Below, one piece after another: positions 1-13,300 of a stretch of DNA of 64,000 nt. This stretch comes from Balanoglossus misakiensis (Eukaryota > Animalia > Hemichordata), in the NCBI GenBank assembly GCA_040954595.2, contig CM082586.2, positions 8,277,337 to 8,341,336 of the forward strand. The letters are read 5' to 3'. Within the stretch, counting starts at the first letter, position 1, and every line of letters starts with the position of its first letter. The notes under the pieces are model-generated. The model worked only from the letters and a program-made list of their open reading frames with translations. It was not told where the DNA came from and made no database searches. Both the position numbers and the translations under genes were made by a program.

Positions 1-1780
1 ATAAAGTATGTGTGTTGTTAGAGGAAATGGAGAATTGACAAATTATTTTTTCTAGTTTTCATCTGTAATTAATTCAACCAATAAATATTGATTGTTTGAC
101 CTATGACAACACAATATTTGATGGGGAAAACTGGATAGGATACTTGAAAGAAGCACGTTTTGAAAAAGCTTTGTGTTCCTAATGGACAACATTTGGTAAA
201 TTCTGTGTGTCGTTTGTCAAATCTGAGAAAACTGTTTTCAGGTGAAATGTTTGCATCTTATGTAAGAATAAATGAAGCAAAACCTTACTGACATCATTTA
301 CGGTACAAATAATAGACTTCTCGGCAGAAGGTTGCTACGTCCCCCATGCCCGGTAGCCATGTCCCCCATAATTGACGTTTAGCTTTAACGCGGTTCGATG
401 AACACCAGATAATTATGTTACACACTTAAGCCGCTCCGCTTTTCTGACGGTTGCGAGTTGACTTCTTAATGGGCATTAACTTCAAGACGTTCAGACGGGA
501 TTCTTGCGACACACATTCACAAAACTGCAGAGCTGTCATTTTATGAATGTGTGTACGAGCTTGCTGCAGCGACAGTAATGAGCTTGCCTTGTGTGCGTGT
601 CACGCCTAGCGTAATTCCGTCCGACGGACGCAAAGAATTTGTCGCTTGACAAACCTTTATAAGGATCGCCGTATTCGCCCATCAACAAGTTGACTAATTC
701 TGTTTCTACATTTATGATAGATTAGCGTCGGTGGTAAAGGCTCTTAGCTTGACGAAATTACCATGGCAGGAACTGAAGATTTTCCCGGTAACTAAAGACT
801 GTAGTCGATTTGTAGCATCGTCAATCGTGACATGTATTGCAGGCTACCCGTATGAAATGTTTCTTGTGTGTATGCCACAAAATTAGCAGAAAAATCATTA
901 TAGATGACGGTATTCAACTTTCTGGATTTATGAGCAAATATAATCCACGAGCAGTCATCTACTATTAAACTGAGTAGCTGCTTAAAAACTTGCCTGTGGA
1001 AAATTGTTGTAAAGCATGAAATAAACTGTCTTTCAACGGAATACACAATGGGTATTTTGCCTCCAAAATACAATTGTGGTATTCTGTCGTATGGGACAAT
1101 ACTTCCATAAACGGGATTTTTATTGCTGTGTGTCTAATGTCTTTCGTGCCCACGCGGTTTGCACTGTGTCTAATGCATTACCGACCGTAACGAAGCCTGT
1201 CATATTGTATTTTGATTTCGGAAATACCCAAAATAATCACTCCAGCTGAATTCCATATGACAGAATACTTTGATGGGCCAAGTAACGAATCCCTTCATAA
1301 ATATTCGTGTAAATAGTTCAAAATTATCAAAGGAACACTTTTCCTAAACTCAAGCGACAGAGAGACTGTCAATCTTTTGATTGGATTAAAAGCGACAGAA
1401 GACTTAATGATGCCGGGATGGTCATCACCGTTTTCATCATGGCGGGATTAATTTCATAATGCTGACAGTAATGTAATTTACAGCCATACAAATACTGATG
1501 TTACCGCAAATTGAATAGAAATGCTTGGCGACCATTTTCTGCGTTTGTTGCTTAAATAAGCATACGGTGACCCTGGTGGCAAATCCTCTATAATTATGTT
1601 TGGCACTCGGCATGCAGACATTATGAGGTCAGATGCGATAGCTGAATGTAGTATGGCAAATGTTTACATGAAACCCGAGGATATATAAGAAGAGTCCCTA
1701 CGCACGAGTTGACGCTGTTCTAAATTATGAGTTACCCGAGTCCTGTCATCCCGGCGATAAAGTCGGTATTATACCCAGAC

Positions 1781-2106
1781 AATTCTGGCTGCCTTAAATA
1801 GGTTTTTACTTTCTGCTAGGGGGTCAAATCGCATTATAATAATTGCATTCTGGGTAAAAAAAGTCGACAACTCACTGTAATAAGAGATGGAAGAAATTAA
1901 TGATATGTTTACTGTATTTTGTGACTTCATTTGGTCAAACATTTCTACCTTTGTAGTCGACATATTAAAGTTCGAATATCACTTTAGCTTAGGAACTCCA
2001 AATTCTTAAACATTGCAGAAATCGGCCATCTTGAAATCGTGTCGACCTTGTGATATTTTTATAACTAACCTAGGTAGCAAACCCCTATTTAAATTAGGGA
2101 GAATTC
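1781..2106. repeat. Dispersed ~330-bp repeat, copy 1
   Basis: aattctggctgccttaaatagg...ggggtcaaatc...aagtcgacaac... recurs at 24448-24768. Confidence 0.75.
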
Positions 2107-2620
2107 TATACGATATTCTTTCACAGGGTGGTCGCTGGCCTGACTTGTTTATGGAAGCACATGTATAAACTTTTTATTACTTGTATTTTTGATCTGTCGA
2201 TTGTTAAACATCATTTCCGACATTCCACCTTTAGAGGGTAGGGTTCAAATCACAATATGAATTTACATACGGCTGTGTATTGTGCTCTGCATATATACAC
2301 TTGCACTAGAAAAAATGACGCAGATATTAAAGTTAATAAATGTTTGATCCCCTTCTGACTCAATATATTATTACCCATCGACGCCACTTTCTTGCGATAA
2401 ACATATGGTTATTTGCCATATGCGTGATAAGTCAATCATCATGTTCAAAGACAAAAACCATGCACTTAAGTATCTTGTAATTAACAGGACAGTATATATG
2501 TTGTTACAGCCTGAGTGCCACGACTGTGGAGATGTTCTCTCATTGCAATTTTAATGTTAATTTTAGAACTGCAATTTCATTAACATACGTAAGACTGATT
2601 CTGTCATGTCTAGAACCCCT

Positions 2621-3133
2621 TTAAAGGCACATGAGCTGCAACTGGATAAAACAATTAAAGTTTTAAATAGTCTCATATATGCTTTTAATTATGTCTATTA
2701 AATGATATTTCATGATAATATATCAAGCTCAACACTTATTTATGACAAAATGGCCAAAAATTAAAGAAAAACGAAAATTCCTGCAATTTTTAAAAAAGTG
2801 CAATATTGCAATGAAAAAGGAAAATATAATGTCTCAGCGGTGTACATTTACTTCTATGAGCTCAAGTGGATGAGATCATGTTTTGTTTATGAAGTTTCAT
2901 TACTGGAAATGCAACATTTTCATTGTTTCTTGCATTTTCCCACGGTGGCGGCCATAATCGCTTGCGGCAAAGGTTTATTATTTATCTGGTTAGAACTTGC
3001 ATATGCACTCATATTTAGGGTTTATAATGCTTGTGTTTAGTTCACTGCCTTCATCTGCATAGACTAATGGTAGTACAGTTTGAAACAAAAATTATGATAA
3101 TTATCCCAAAAGTTGCAGCTTATGTGCCTTTAA
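2621..3133. mobile_element. Kolobok/T2-type MITE (~510 bp)
   Basis: TTAA|AGGCACATGAGCTGCAACT ... AGTTGCAGCTTATGTGCCT|TTAA: 19-bp TIR with 1 mismatch, TTAA TSD, AGG ends. Confidence 0.8.
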
Positions 3134-6100
3134 GGCGTAAATTCCTTAGTTCATCAGTCGAGATGAAACACTCTAGAAAAACTCTAACCTGAAGCAAACA
3201 TTAGTCAAATTATGTAAAAAGGATCCTGATTGTCTATTCTTATTTTGAATACAACGTTCCTAATGTGTACCATGTATATATTTCAATGCCCATGGCAAGC
3301 ATGTCAACGCACGGATCCACCCGGTCTAATCCCGTATGGACCGGAAGGAGTCTCGGGCGCGCGGATTATGGTGGCACTCCATATGTTTCTCATCAAAGTC
3401 AAAATGGGAACCCAATATGCATGAAAACAAACGAATATTCTGTGTACGTGTTCTCATTCTTTATGGACAGTGCTTGAGAGATGAAGGTTATTAAGAAATA
3501 TATCTTTTTGTGCTTTTGATATTGTGCACCAGACCAAATCCTTTACGATAAAATAAATGTAGATAATATTCTCTAATAATATTAATGATTGCACAGGGAC
3601 GTCGAGGAGATAGGCATGGTGAAACAAAATTATAAACCTAAAATGATACTGTGCTTTCGACCCCCTTTATGGACGAAGAGTGCCCGCCCAGAACAAGAAA
3701 TGAAAATTACTCCCAATCTCCTATGCTGTCGCATATTGCAGCTTGCAATTATCTGACATGACCCACCGCCACTATCGTTGCATGACCCCCTTTCTATATC
3801 ATTGCCTCAAACAGCACAGTGCCGACAGCTTCTATGGAAAAAACCGCCGACGCCGTATATCAGCACGTTATCGATGATAGCAAGAGCTTTCGCGGCGGCT
3901 TAAGTACGTCAGTCAAACTTTTTTTCCTTTGGAGTTTTAGTTAGATTTAGTTGTTGGATATGTATTAATGGACACAAGGGTCGAATGTCACAACTGTAAT
4001 GCGAAGTGCCAAATCAGACATTCATAGCAACAGCTGCTGCCAGAACTTAAGGTTTACAACTCGTGATGAACTTCGACTAAAATCTAGCCAAGGATTTTAC
4101 ACTCTTTAAAGCTGTATCTTAATTGCAGAAGCTGAAAGAACCGGTTAGATTGTAGACTATGTCCCATTGCATCATTTTCGAAAATCTAGTCGGTTGATAG
4201 ACATGGTGAAATAGTTTCTTAAAATTATAACCAGCACTGATAACGTGGATAAGGAAAGACTTGGGACTTTGGAGCTGAAGTGTTAATAAATGTATTTGGT
4301 AATTGTTTGGCATTTATACGGAAGTGTCTAACGGACAATCTTTCTGGCAAGCAAAAAACAAACCCACAACACTTAAAAAATGAAAAGATATCTGACTGGA
4401 GAAGTATGAGGGCAATAATATATCCCCAGATATGCCCTATAGTCTGTTGACTTCTGTTAATCGATTTCATATATGTACCAGTAATAATGTACAGTCTATG
4501 CCCTGGCAGTGTACGTTGCACTCTATTATAAATGGCGGTGTAGAGATCTCGGAATAATCTACCGGTTTGAAACTCGTTTAAAGATGTCCTTCTGAATTAA
4601 ACTATGCTAAACAGTTTCAACAACTATAATAAGCATTTCAGAACTGTGAGCGTACCAGTTAAGTCGCCATGTAATCGAACAATTGAAGTTTTAGTCTTTG
4701 AGCTTCGTTCAAGAAATGGGTCACGTGTCTATATTGATGCCCTCACAAAGTTGAAAACTTTTATATTTGAAAAAGTGGCCACATTGAGGAGTTTATTCAC
4801 AGCCTCGATTTGGGTCTGGTTAACTTACACTATGTTATGCGAGAAAGCAAAGCGCAAATAATGACCCGACCTTCTTGCCACACTTGGCAACACGCGATTC
4901 CCCCAAGAGAAATCATTGGTCAGATTAACCGTTTAATGACAGAGTTATACATGTACTATTAGGTGGCCAAGTGAATGGTTGGATGGCGAGTGACATAGCG
5001 ATTCAAATATGGGCGATGATTATCAGTATACACGGCTTGAGAGGTGGCCGATATTTTTTCAGGGGACTATATGGACATTTCTTGATGTAAGCTTAATCAA
5101 AATGTTTGTTGTCAAACTAATTGAAGAATGCGATAAAGAACGGCCAAAATATTGGAATGGGTTGATACAAATCATTTGGGTCTAGCTGGATAAGCGGGCA
5201 TTTCCAGAGACCTCGGCTTAATACCCATCGCTCTGTTGGATCCAGAATGATTACGTTTATATTCTACAAACATCGATTAATATGACATTTAATTCATTTG
5301 TTTCACCTGTGGACCTACAATGGCGGAAACTTCAAATGATCTCAATCCATCCCCTGCAGCATTGAGATCCTTTGGTTTACACCGCCATTGATGTTGACAT
5401 GAAGTGAAGTCATCCCGTGCGCTCATCATGTGACAGTTGTGACCAAAATAAAGGTACATTACATAATTTCCATCGAGTACATTGTATATGGAAGACTTTG
5501 AGGCGCTGTGGCGAATACAATACCGGGGTAAATCGAATCAAGGGCGGAACAGCGTGTGTGGCTTCAATTGCCAATGTAAAGTCTATTTGCTAAATTGCCT
5601 TTGGAAGGCAGTCCAGCTATTGGCTAGCTTTTCCGCAAGGAAAATTGAGCGTACGTAGCCACAGAAGATGTAGAAACACTCAGCGAGGCACACTGCCGGG
5701 TAAATAATATAATACGGGCACTGTCGACTCAATTACTTGCTCGTCACCATGTTACTATAGTTACCGTGTTTCTAAGGCGAGACTGGAGTAAACACAAACT
5801 TGAATACCAACGGCGATACACAGAATATGTGATTATTCTTTGGGAAGTGTGGGAGTAAAAGGGTTATCCTATGATGAGAATAGACTCGACCCAGATTAAC
5901 CTATGACATGAGTGTCATCTTCCAAAGTACCGGCCACAAATTGTGAACACTCCCCGTATAATAAGTGGAGTCTTCCAAGCAACAAGACACCGTTCAGTAA
6001 TTTGTTTTGACATATCTATGTTTATGTACGACTGACACAGTAAAGATTTATGAGCAGTAGTTTATTTTAATGTTTCCAAGTACATGTAAGCAGGTTTTCA

Positions 6101-6141
6101 CACCAAATCCGGGGCTGTTTCTTGTAGTTGTTCGAACACCG

Positions 6142-6304
6142 ATAACGCAAAACTGAGAAGCTATGAGTTTACAAACTCAAATTGTAAGTCGACGACAGAT
6201 TAGAATTTACTTGAAAACACGCCAATAACGCAAAACTAAAAAGCTATGAGTTTACAAACTCAAATTGTAAGTCGACGACAAATTAGAATTTACTTGAAAA
6301 CACG
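6142..6304. repeat. Near-perfect tandem duplication, 83-bp unit x2
   Basis: ataacgcaaaact...gctatgagtttacaaactcaaattgtaagtcgacgaca...ttgaaaacacg begins at 6142 and again at 6225. Confidence 0.9.
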
Positions 6305-7114
6305 ACACACGAAGAAAATATTCGAATTTGTGTAAAGGAAGTCCAAGGAACAATGTGCCAATTTACCAGTTTTCATTTGAAACGTGCAACATTAAACAGA
6401 TAATGAAAAATTTAAAGTTTTCTAGCGGATTAATGACACGGACTGCACTGAATATTTTCAGCACGTGAATTTCTGGTCTCTTGGGATAAAGCATACAAGT
6501 CTCCCAGTGTAACATGTCAGTTCTTCCATTCGAACAAAATCCAATATTGTCCGTGTCTTCCTATTAAAAGCCTTGGCAGTAAATCCAGTATGAATATGCG
6601 ACGACCGAAAGTGGTGTTGTTTGCGCATGTGCGGTAAATGTTCGTTTAAATGATCACGCCGCTGTAGTGTCTTCGTATTGGTGTTATGGCAGGCTGGATA
6701 ATGCGGCTTCATATATGATATATTCTGTGCGCCTCTGTGGACCAGCATGTCGGAAACAATGCGGGCGCATGCAGAACTAATTTCCTTTGATGATCACGGT
6801 TACACGTGTAATAACCGACTGTGAGAAGATTGGTTGAAAACGCTTTCAAAGTGCCGTCCGCAGGACTATTAATCGGATGCGAGCCGAACATTTAGAGGAA
6901 GACTTTGACACACACCGACGGCTCACAATTCCACTTCTTGAATAGTCATAATTATTTCTGAAGACAGGGACGGGACAAAAGTGGTTACCTAGTCGGGATT
7001 TCCAGCTGGCTGTATTCCCTATAACCAACTACGGGGAGTGGCAAATTGTGAGCGTGTTAAACATCCTGAACAACGGGAAACGCAAAGTGCCTGTTCCTGT
7101 CGACCGCACAAACC

Positions 7115-7369
7115 ATGGAATCACATCAGTGGTATAGACTTACACACTTCTATGGACCCAAGGCGGCTTTATTAACACTAACCTTATATACCAGCCTGAT
7201 TACATGTGAACAACAGACGCTGTATATATTAGGCCTTTATCCCATGTCTGGATCGTGGCCGGGAGGACAGGGCCAACTACCAGCCACACAAATGGCTGTC
7301 GGACATATTAATAACAACACGAATATTTTACCAAATTTCTCCTTAGAACTTTTACATCGAAACACGCAG
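7115..7369 (+). CDS. GABBR-like: GABA-B-like GPCR exon 1 (signal peptide, start of flytrap domain)
   Basis: aaccATGg start; ...[32 protein letters not shown]...RNTQ; donor cag|gtaagt. Confidence 0.9.
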
Positions 7370-10300
7370 GTAAGTCTCAGAATCACTTTGTTACATGGTG
7401 TCAATCTGTTTCACCTTAAAAGGCATCGCAGTGCTTCAAAATCACAATTAGGTTCGATTTCCTGATATTTGTTGTTCCAATGAACGACCGCACGTAATGT
7501 ACGCGTACATTAACTTCGTCATGATTTACCCTAAAAGGTGTTCATAACCAACATCATTTTTATTACCATTTAAACTCAGCCTTTTCCATTACCTTACGTG
7601 CTCTTGGTATTTTCATCAATTCTATCACAAGGCGTGTTTGTATACTATAGGTATTCCAAATGTTAACACTGTGCCCCTGAAGCAAGAAAAACGTAGTAAA
7701 ACACGCGTAACTTTTGATTTATTTTATTTTTTTGGATAATCACACAACAGTTTTCAAATTAACGTACATAATACATAGATTCACAAAAGAATTGATCTCA
7801 CATATTTTCAGGCTGGTGACTCCGGGTGTCGAACAAGGGCCTACTGAAGGCACACATTTTAATCATTAATCTCTCTGTAGTTAATTTCGTATGATTTATA
7901 CATGTATATAAACTATGTGTGACGGCTTAATAGCTCATTGTAAATGGTTAAAAAGCATTTTACATGGAGACACTATGGATTGTGTTCCTTATATACATTT
8001 AAGCTATGTTCATTAGACCTACATTACTTGCAAACAATGCTCATTATTTGAAATACATGGCGATTTCAAAAACATAAGAAGGTTCAGTCGCTCTCAGCTG
8101 GAAACGAAAGAATATAAGAGCATAACAGGCTGAAAATATTCGTCGCTGTATTTAGAACTTCAAACAAACAAGTACGCGCAAGTGGTAGAAATTACTGCTT
8201 GAATTGCATGAATTGTAGTTGTTCAACCAGATTAACACACATTCAAAACCATATAAAGTGAGATTTGATGAGAAAAACGGTATGTTTAATTTAACTGAGC
8301 ATTGTGTAATGTAACTTAGTACTCATTTATTACCGTGGAAGGCAAAAGCTGCCGCCCGCTGTTAAACATGTAATGGTTTCATAAAGTGAATTCCAAACTG
8401 GAACCAACGTACAGCTCGGTTCAACAACCTGGTGCTAATTGCAAACGTATGTTTGTACTAGTTGGGATATGTTAGATCATGCATTGGAGCAGAAATAATC
8501 CAAAAGAGGGTCGCGTTTACCCGGGCTATAGTTGCATGCAGTGAAATCAAATACTGAATCCATATTTCGCCATATTTTCTATGCACCCGTGGCGGTTGGC
8601 ATATAAAGTGGCGATGAGATATGTAGAACACTCGACTCTAGACAAAAGGAATTAATAATAAATATAGTCAGGCAGCTTTTGTTTAATTTAATTCATCCCC
8701 AGCAGTGCATCTTGGGGAGCAACGCATTCATTCGTCTCCTCGTTGCTAAGGAAGAGCCTATACTGAAAACTGCCACAAATTGTAGCGATAAAAATCGCCG
8801 CGAAAACGAATTTCAGAAATTGCCATAAATGGATATTGTGTGACTGTCATAGCAGTTCATTATTCTGTCGACCACAATCCATGTTATAAATGACCGTTGT
8901 AGGCAATCGTTACTCTCATGTATACAGAATGCAAATGTTTCATACCGAACGTCGCTTAATTTGTTGAAACTGTGCTCCTCTTTAAAGGTATACGGTCACC
9001 TCCAATTTACATACGCCCATATATGGCTGAAATGGCGTATTTGAGCGTTCTGAGGAACATATAGTGGCGCTCTTTTTTCACGTGTGCCACCCACTGAAAA
9101 TCAGCGATTGGCTAGATCCCAATTTACCATTGTAACTGTGGCTAAATTTGCATAGGTGCCCGTATACCTTTAAGAACACAATTTGCATCCCGCGTACAGT
9201 TCTGTACTTCCGATGCACGACATCACGTCGGACAACAGACATGAATCTGCATTCTCTCAAAATAAGTTTATTCATTTACGTGAATAAATCAGACAATACT
9301 CAATTGCCAATTCTCATTTTCTCGCTAGAGTGTTTCTATTGTAATAAAAGTGTAAAGACATGAACGTTAATTCTCTAGATCAGCGGAAATTAAGCGGGAC
9401 TCCTATAGGTGTTACCAACACTGAACGCATCCTTTCACAAAATAATGCCAATAGATATCAAGTGATGACGAATAAAACACTTTTAAAATTAAAGATTAGT
9501 CACACAGTCATTCTGTGAACTTATATAAAACGCATTCTGCAGTTTTACAATTGAGACAAGGAATCTGTTGGTTCTGCCCGAGTATTTATTTTCCACGGCT
9601 TTGGGCTTTGAGTATAGGACTCTTTGTATAAGACGGTGATCGCGCATGTCTCAAGACAGATCTACTCAATTATGGAATTACTCCAGATCCTTTTGTGATC
9701 GTTTTTCGTCTGAGACACAACTTAATGTTTGCCAATATAGGATAATTTCTTGCTCTGATACAATTACGATTGTGAACACATTACGAAACGCTGCCCCACT
9801 AAATTGCATTTTCAAACTAATACAGTGCAACGCACTGCTGTACAATGTGCTGTGTCATTTTCTGTAATGGGCTGTCTCGTGTGACGTGGACTGTCGATGC
9901 GCGCTGCTGTATCGAAGAACAACTTTACAATGGGACAAAAATGATACCCCGACTTATCTTAATTTTACCTAGGCCGACCCTAAACACTTTGGAGCCAAAT
10001 AAATTCAGAGAAGCAAGGAAATGTTATACAAAAAGAATAAACGTTGAAGTAAAAAATAAAAGTACGATTTATATATACTGAGAGGAAAGTGTTTGACGAC
10101 ACCACCGTCTGAATTGGTGAATTATTAACACCTATATAAATATTCTAGACGCCGCCAAAACACACAGCGGAATAACAATTCTAAGAAGTAACAAAATCCA
10201 GACCTGGCTGCCCTATTATAAAACATGATATAGTTACCACACATGTTTCTTGGATTTAAAATCAGAGGGGAAGAGATGTTTTTTGAAAAAATATCTCTTG

Positions 10301-13300
10301 GATTGATACATTCATCTTGTCGATTTCATGTCAATTAAATATGATAATCAGCAATTGAACTTGTTAGATATCCCTTGTTTGTCAACATTACTCCAGCTTT
10401 GATGTAGATGTCGGGTACGGCGACGTCTTTTACTTCGCGATACGGTATTCTTAGTGTGAGGCGACAGCATAAGAATACCGTACCGCAAAGTAAAAGACGT
10501 CGCCGTACCCTCAATCAGATTCTGGATATTCCTAGGACAATCCGAGTTCGTCACGTGACCCCCGTCCCGGCACTGATCATCGTACTGTAAATGACGTGTG
10601 ATAATTAACTGTGTTGATTCAGACAGAAGACCTTCAGGCATTTTGTTGTAAAACTCATCTGTTCTATCGAGATCATGGAAACGCGTCAATGCATTGGCTT
10701 TAGGGCAAAGATACAGTATTATATGTTAGTGTTTAGCTAAATAATTACTAGTGGCGATGAAATTATGTCACTCGGAAGAACATATTACAGTTCAAGGAGA
10801 ACTCCCGATCACCCTGCAGACTACATATATCTTACATCTCAAATGGATGTTCGGTAATTACTCTACTTTGACTTAAAACAAAGAAATCTACTTTTGATTG
10901 ACACATAACGTTACTCCACGACACGCAACGTCATTAAATCAACATATTGTAGGAGAAGGGCTTTTCAGTCAACAACAAGCAATCGCTGTGCTGGGCAATG
11001 AAACAGTACACTTAAGTGACAATCATCGTATTATGGTTTATTAATATTCTAGAAACCGTTTATTGTCGCAGCCTAAAGACATATTGCGCGGTTGCCATGA
11101 CACCCAAACAGTGAATGAATCGTTGCAGCCAAGTGAAAAATATTTGAAGTTACTGAAAGAAAGAAATCGCTGCACTTTAAATATCACTTGCAGTTCTCTT
11201 TTTTCGTCTTGACGTGGCGTAACATTTCAGATCCAGACACACTAACGATATCTGGCTTCACACACAGTGAAGGATTATAGAACCAGCCACATACATGTAC
11301 GTGAACTGCCATCTATAAAAGCGTATGTAGCCTACATGTAGTCGCTATGCCATAGACGTAACTACATAGAAATAACGTTTTAAGGGTTAAGGTCGCTAAA
11401 TTTCGACATATGTTTTTTTAGTTTTTACGGTAAATTATGTTGACCTGCTCGCTGAAACATGCCCAGTGACCGGCTGTTAAAACTCAACCCGCACGCTACA
11501 AATCGGTATAGGCCTAACATGAGGATACCGCTACATGTATTTTTAGTACTGACCACAAATAACACGATGAAGGTATTAGGTTTATTGTGTTCATGCATAG
11601 AGGGTGTGAAATGAGCTGTAGTAATTGGTAATTGAGTATATATTTCAGTGAGATTACAGAGAACGAGAAAGTCTGTGGTGAGATAAACAACATCAGTTAT
11701 AAAGCTTTACCCTAAGGAACCAAAACACACCGTAAAAACTTAGCAACTTTGCCCCCACAAATGTTCTGATTTGAGTAACCATGACATTTATATCGTCTGG
11801 CGTTAATCGTCTACACAGGCTTGTTTAATATACTTATTATGAAGTTGTCCAAGTAGTAATTTCCTACAAACCGTGTGTTTAGAAAGAAATCAATGCTAAG
11901 TATTGGAAATTGGTGCTGTTTTACACACCTGCTCTGTTGTGGCCTTTCATTACATAGGAACACCATTTCACGTAAAATCAATACGTTTCAAGATGCAACA
12001 ATGGCTTGCTTTACGGGTAGCATTTTGGATTGGTTATTCAAGGGTTAGAGCTTACCATGACGATGCGTCTGTCTGTCTGTCTTGCAGTATTCAACCCAGA
12101 ATATTTGTCATTGACACTTCTTGCTTTATCAACTATAATGATTTTAAAAGTTATGCGTAGTATCATCTGAAGTCAAGCGCAGCGTTTCGACTGATAAAGA
12201 GTCGTCTAAAGTATGTGTTAAATGTAACTAAGGGTTCTAATCGATACTCCTGGATGGCCGTTTAGTTTATAAATCACCAAGCTGGGTTGCTTGATCAAAA
12301 TCTGTTCAAATCTATCTATACATTCTTTGTCGCCAAATATTGGTGCTAACGTTTTGAAGTCCATATATTGATTGTCGGAAAATAGTATGTCAATAAAATA
12401 CAGATTTACCAGTCTCTGTGCGTTATTTTTTATTGAAATGGATGTGTGTTGGACAAGATTTGTCACTGTGTCTTCTACCTACGACATTGAAATCAGTTTT
12501 CCTTGATTTGCTCTCAGCAGGTGTTGTTGACAGGTTTCGGCGCAGGACGGTCTCAACAACATATTTAGACCGGGTTAAATGAGGACCTCTCCCGTGCCTT
12601 CTTGTAAATGTAACCACAGAATACAAGGGGAAATCCCGATAAATCTATATTAATGAAAGATCGGCTACTTTGAAGCTGGTCGGAGCATGACACATCGATC
12701 CAAAAAGTGAAAGTGAGACCATGGAAAGAATACAGATGTCTTGTTAGTCGTTATTCGACTAGACTGTTATAACAGACGACTGTCTTACTGACGCCCTGAA
12801 CGGCCATACCCTTAGCATCAATATATTTGTACACGCAGTCTGATAACGTCGAGCGTGCAAATCCAAACTTTGTGCGATTTGTGTTGGGTGTTGTTTATCG
12901 AGATGTCGAGCTTAATTTTAATCATAGCAAAGTTATTCACCAAATAGTCCATGCACAGAAACGACCACCCGAAGAATCACAATAGAACAGAAACGTCTAT
13001 TGTCAACGCACATTTGATCAAATTATGAATAAAAGCACTCAATAAAGCAACGGTTATTGAGTATATTGTATTTATCGGGTAATTAACATTCACTATGACG
13101 TCAAAGAAATTGAATTACTCACTTTTGGTTGTTCTTTTACTTACGTACAATGTATCAGCGTTCCCCACCCTCAAAATGTATAGCCACCCAAATAAAAAAG
13201 AAACTTTACATATTCTCATCCGAGCTTCTTCGTGTCCGTTGGGACAGTCTCGTCGCTATTCATAGTTGTTGATTTAGATAATTTTCTTAGAAATTATTCA

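Noticed and set aside
3230-3477. Short ORFs over a GC-richer patch
   Set aside because: No homology recognised and no clear splice signals.
6142-6304. CRISPR-like array
   Set aside because: A two-unit tandem duplication without spacers, in eukaryotic DNA.
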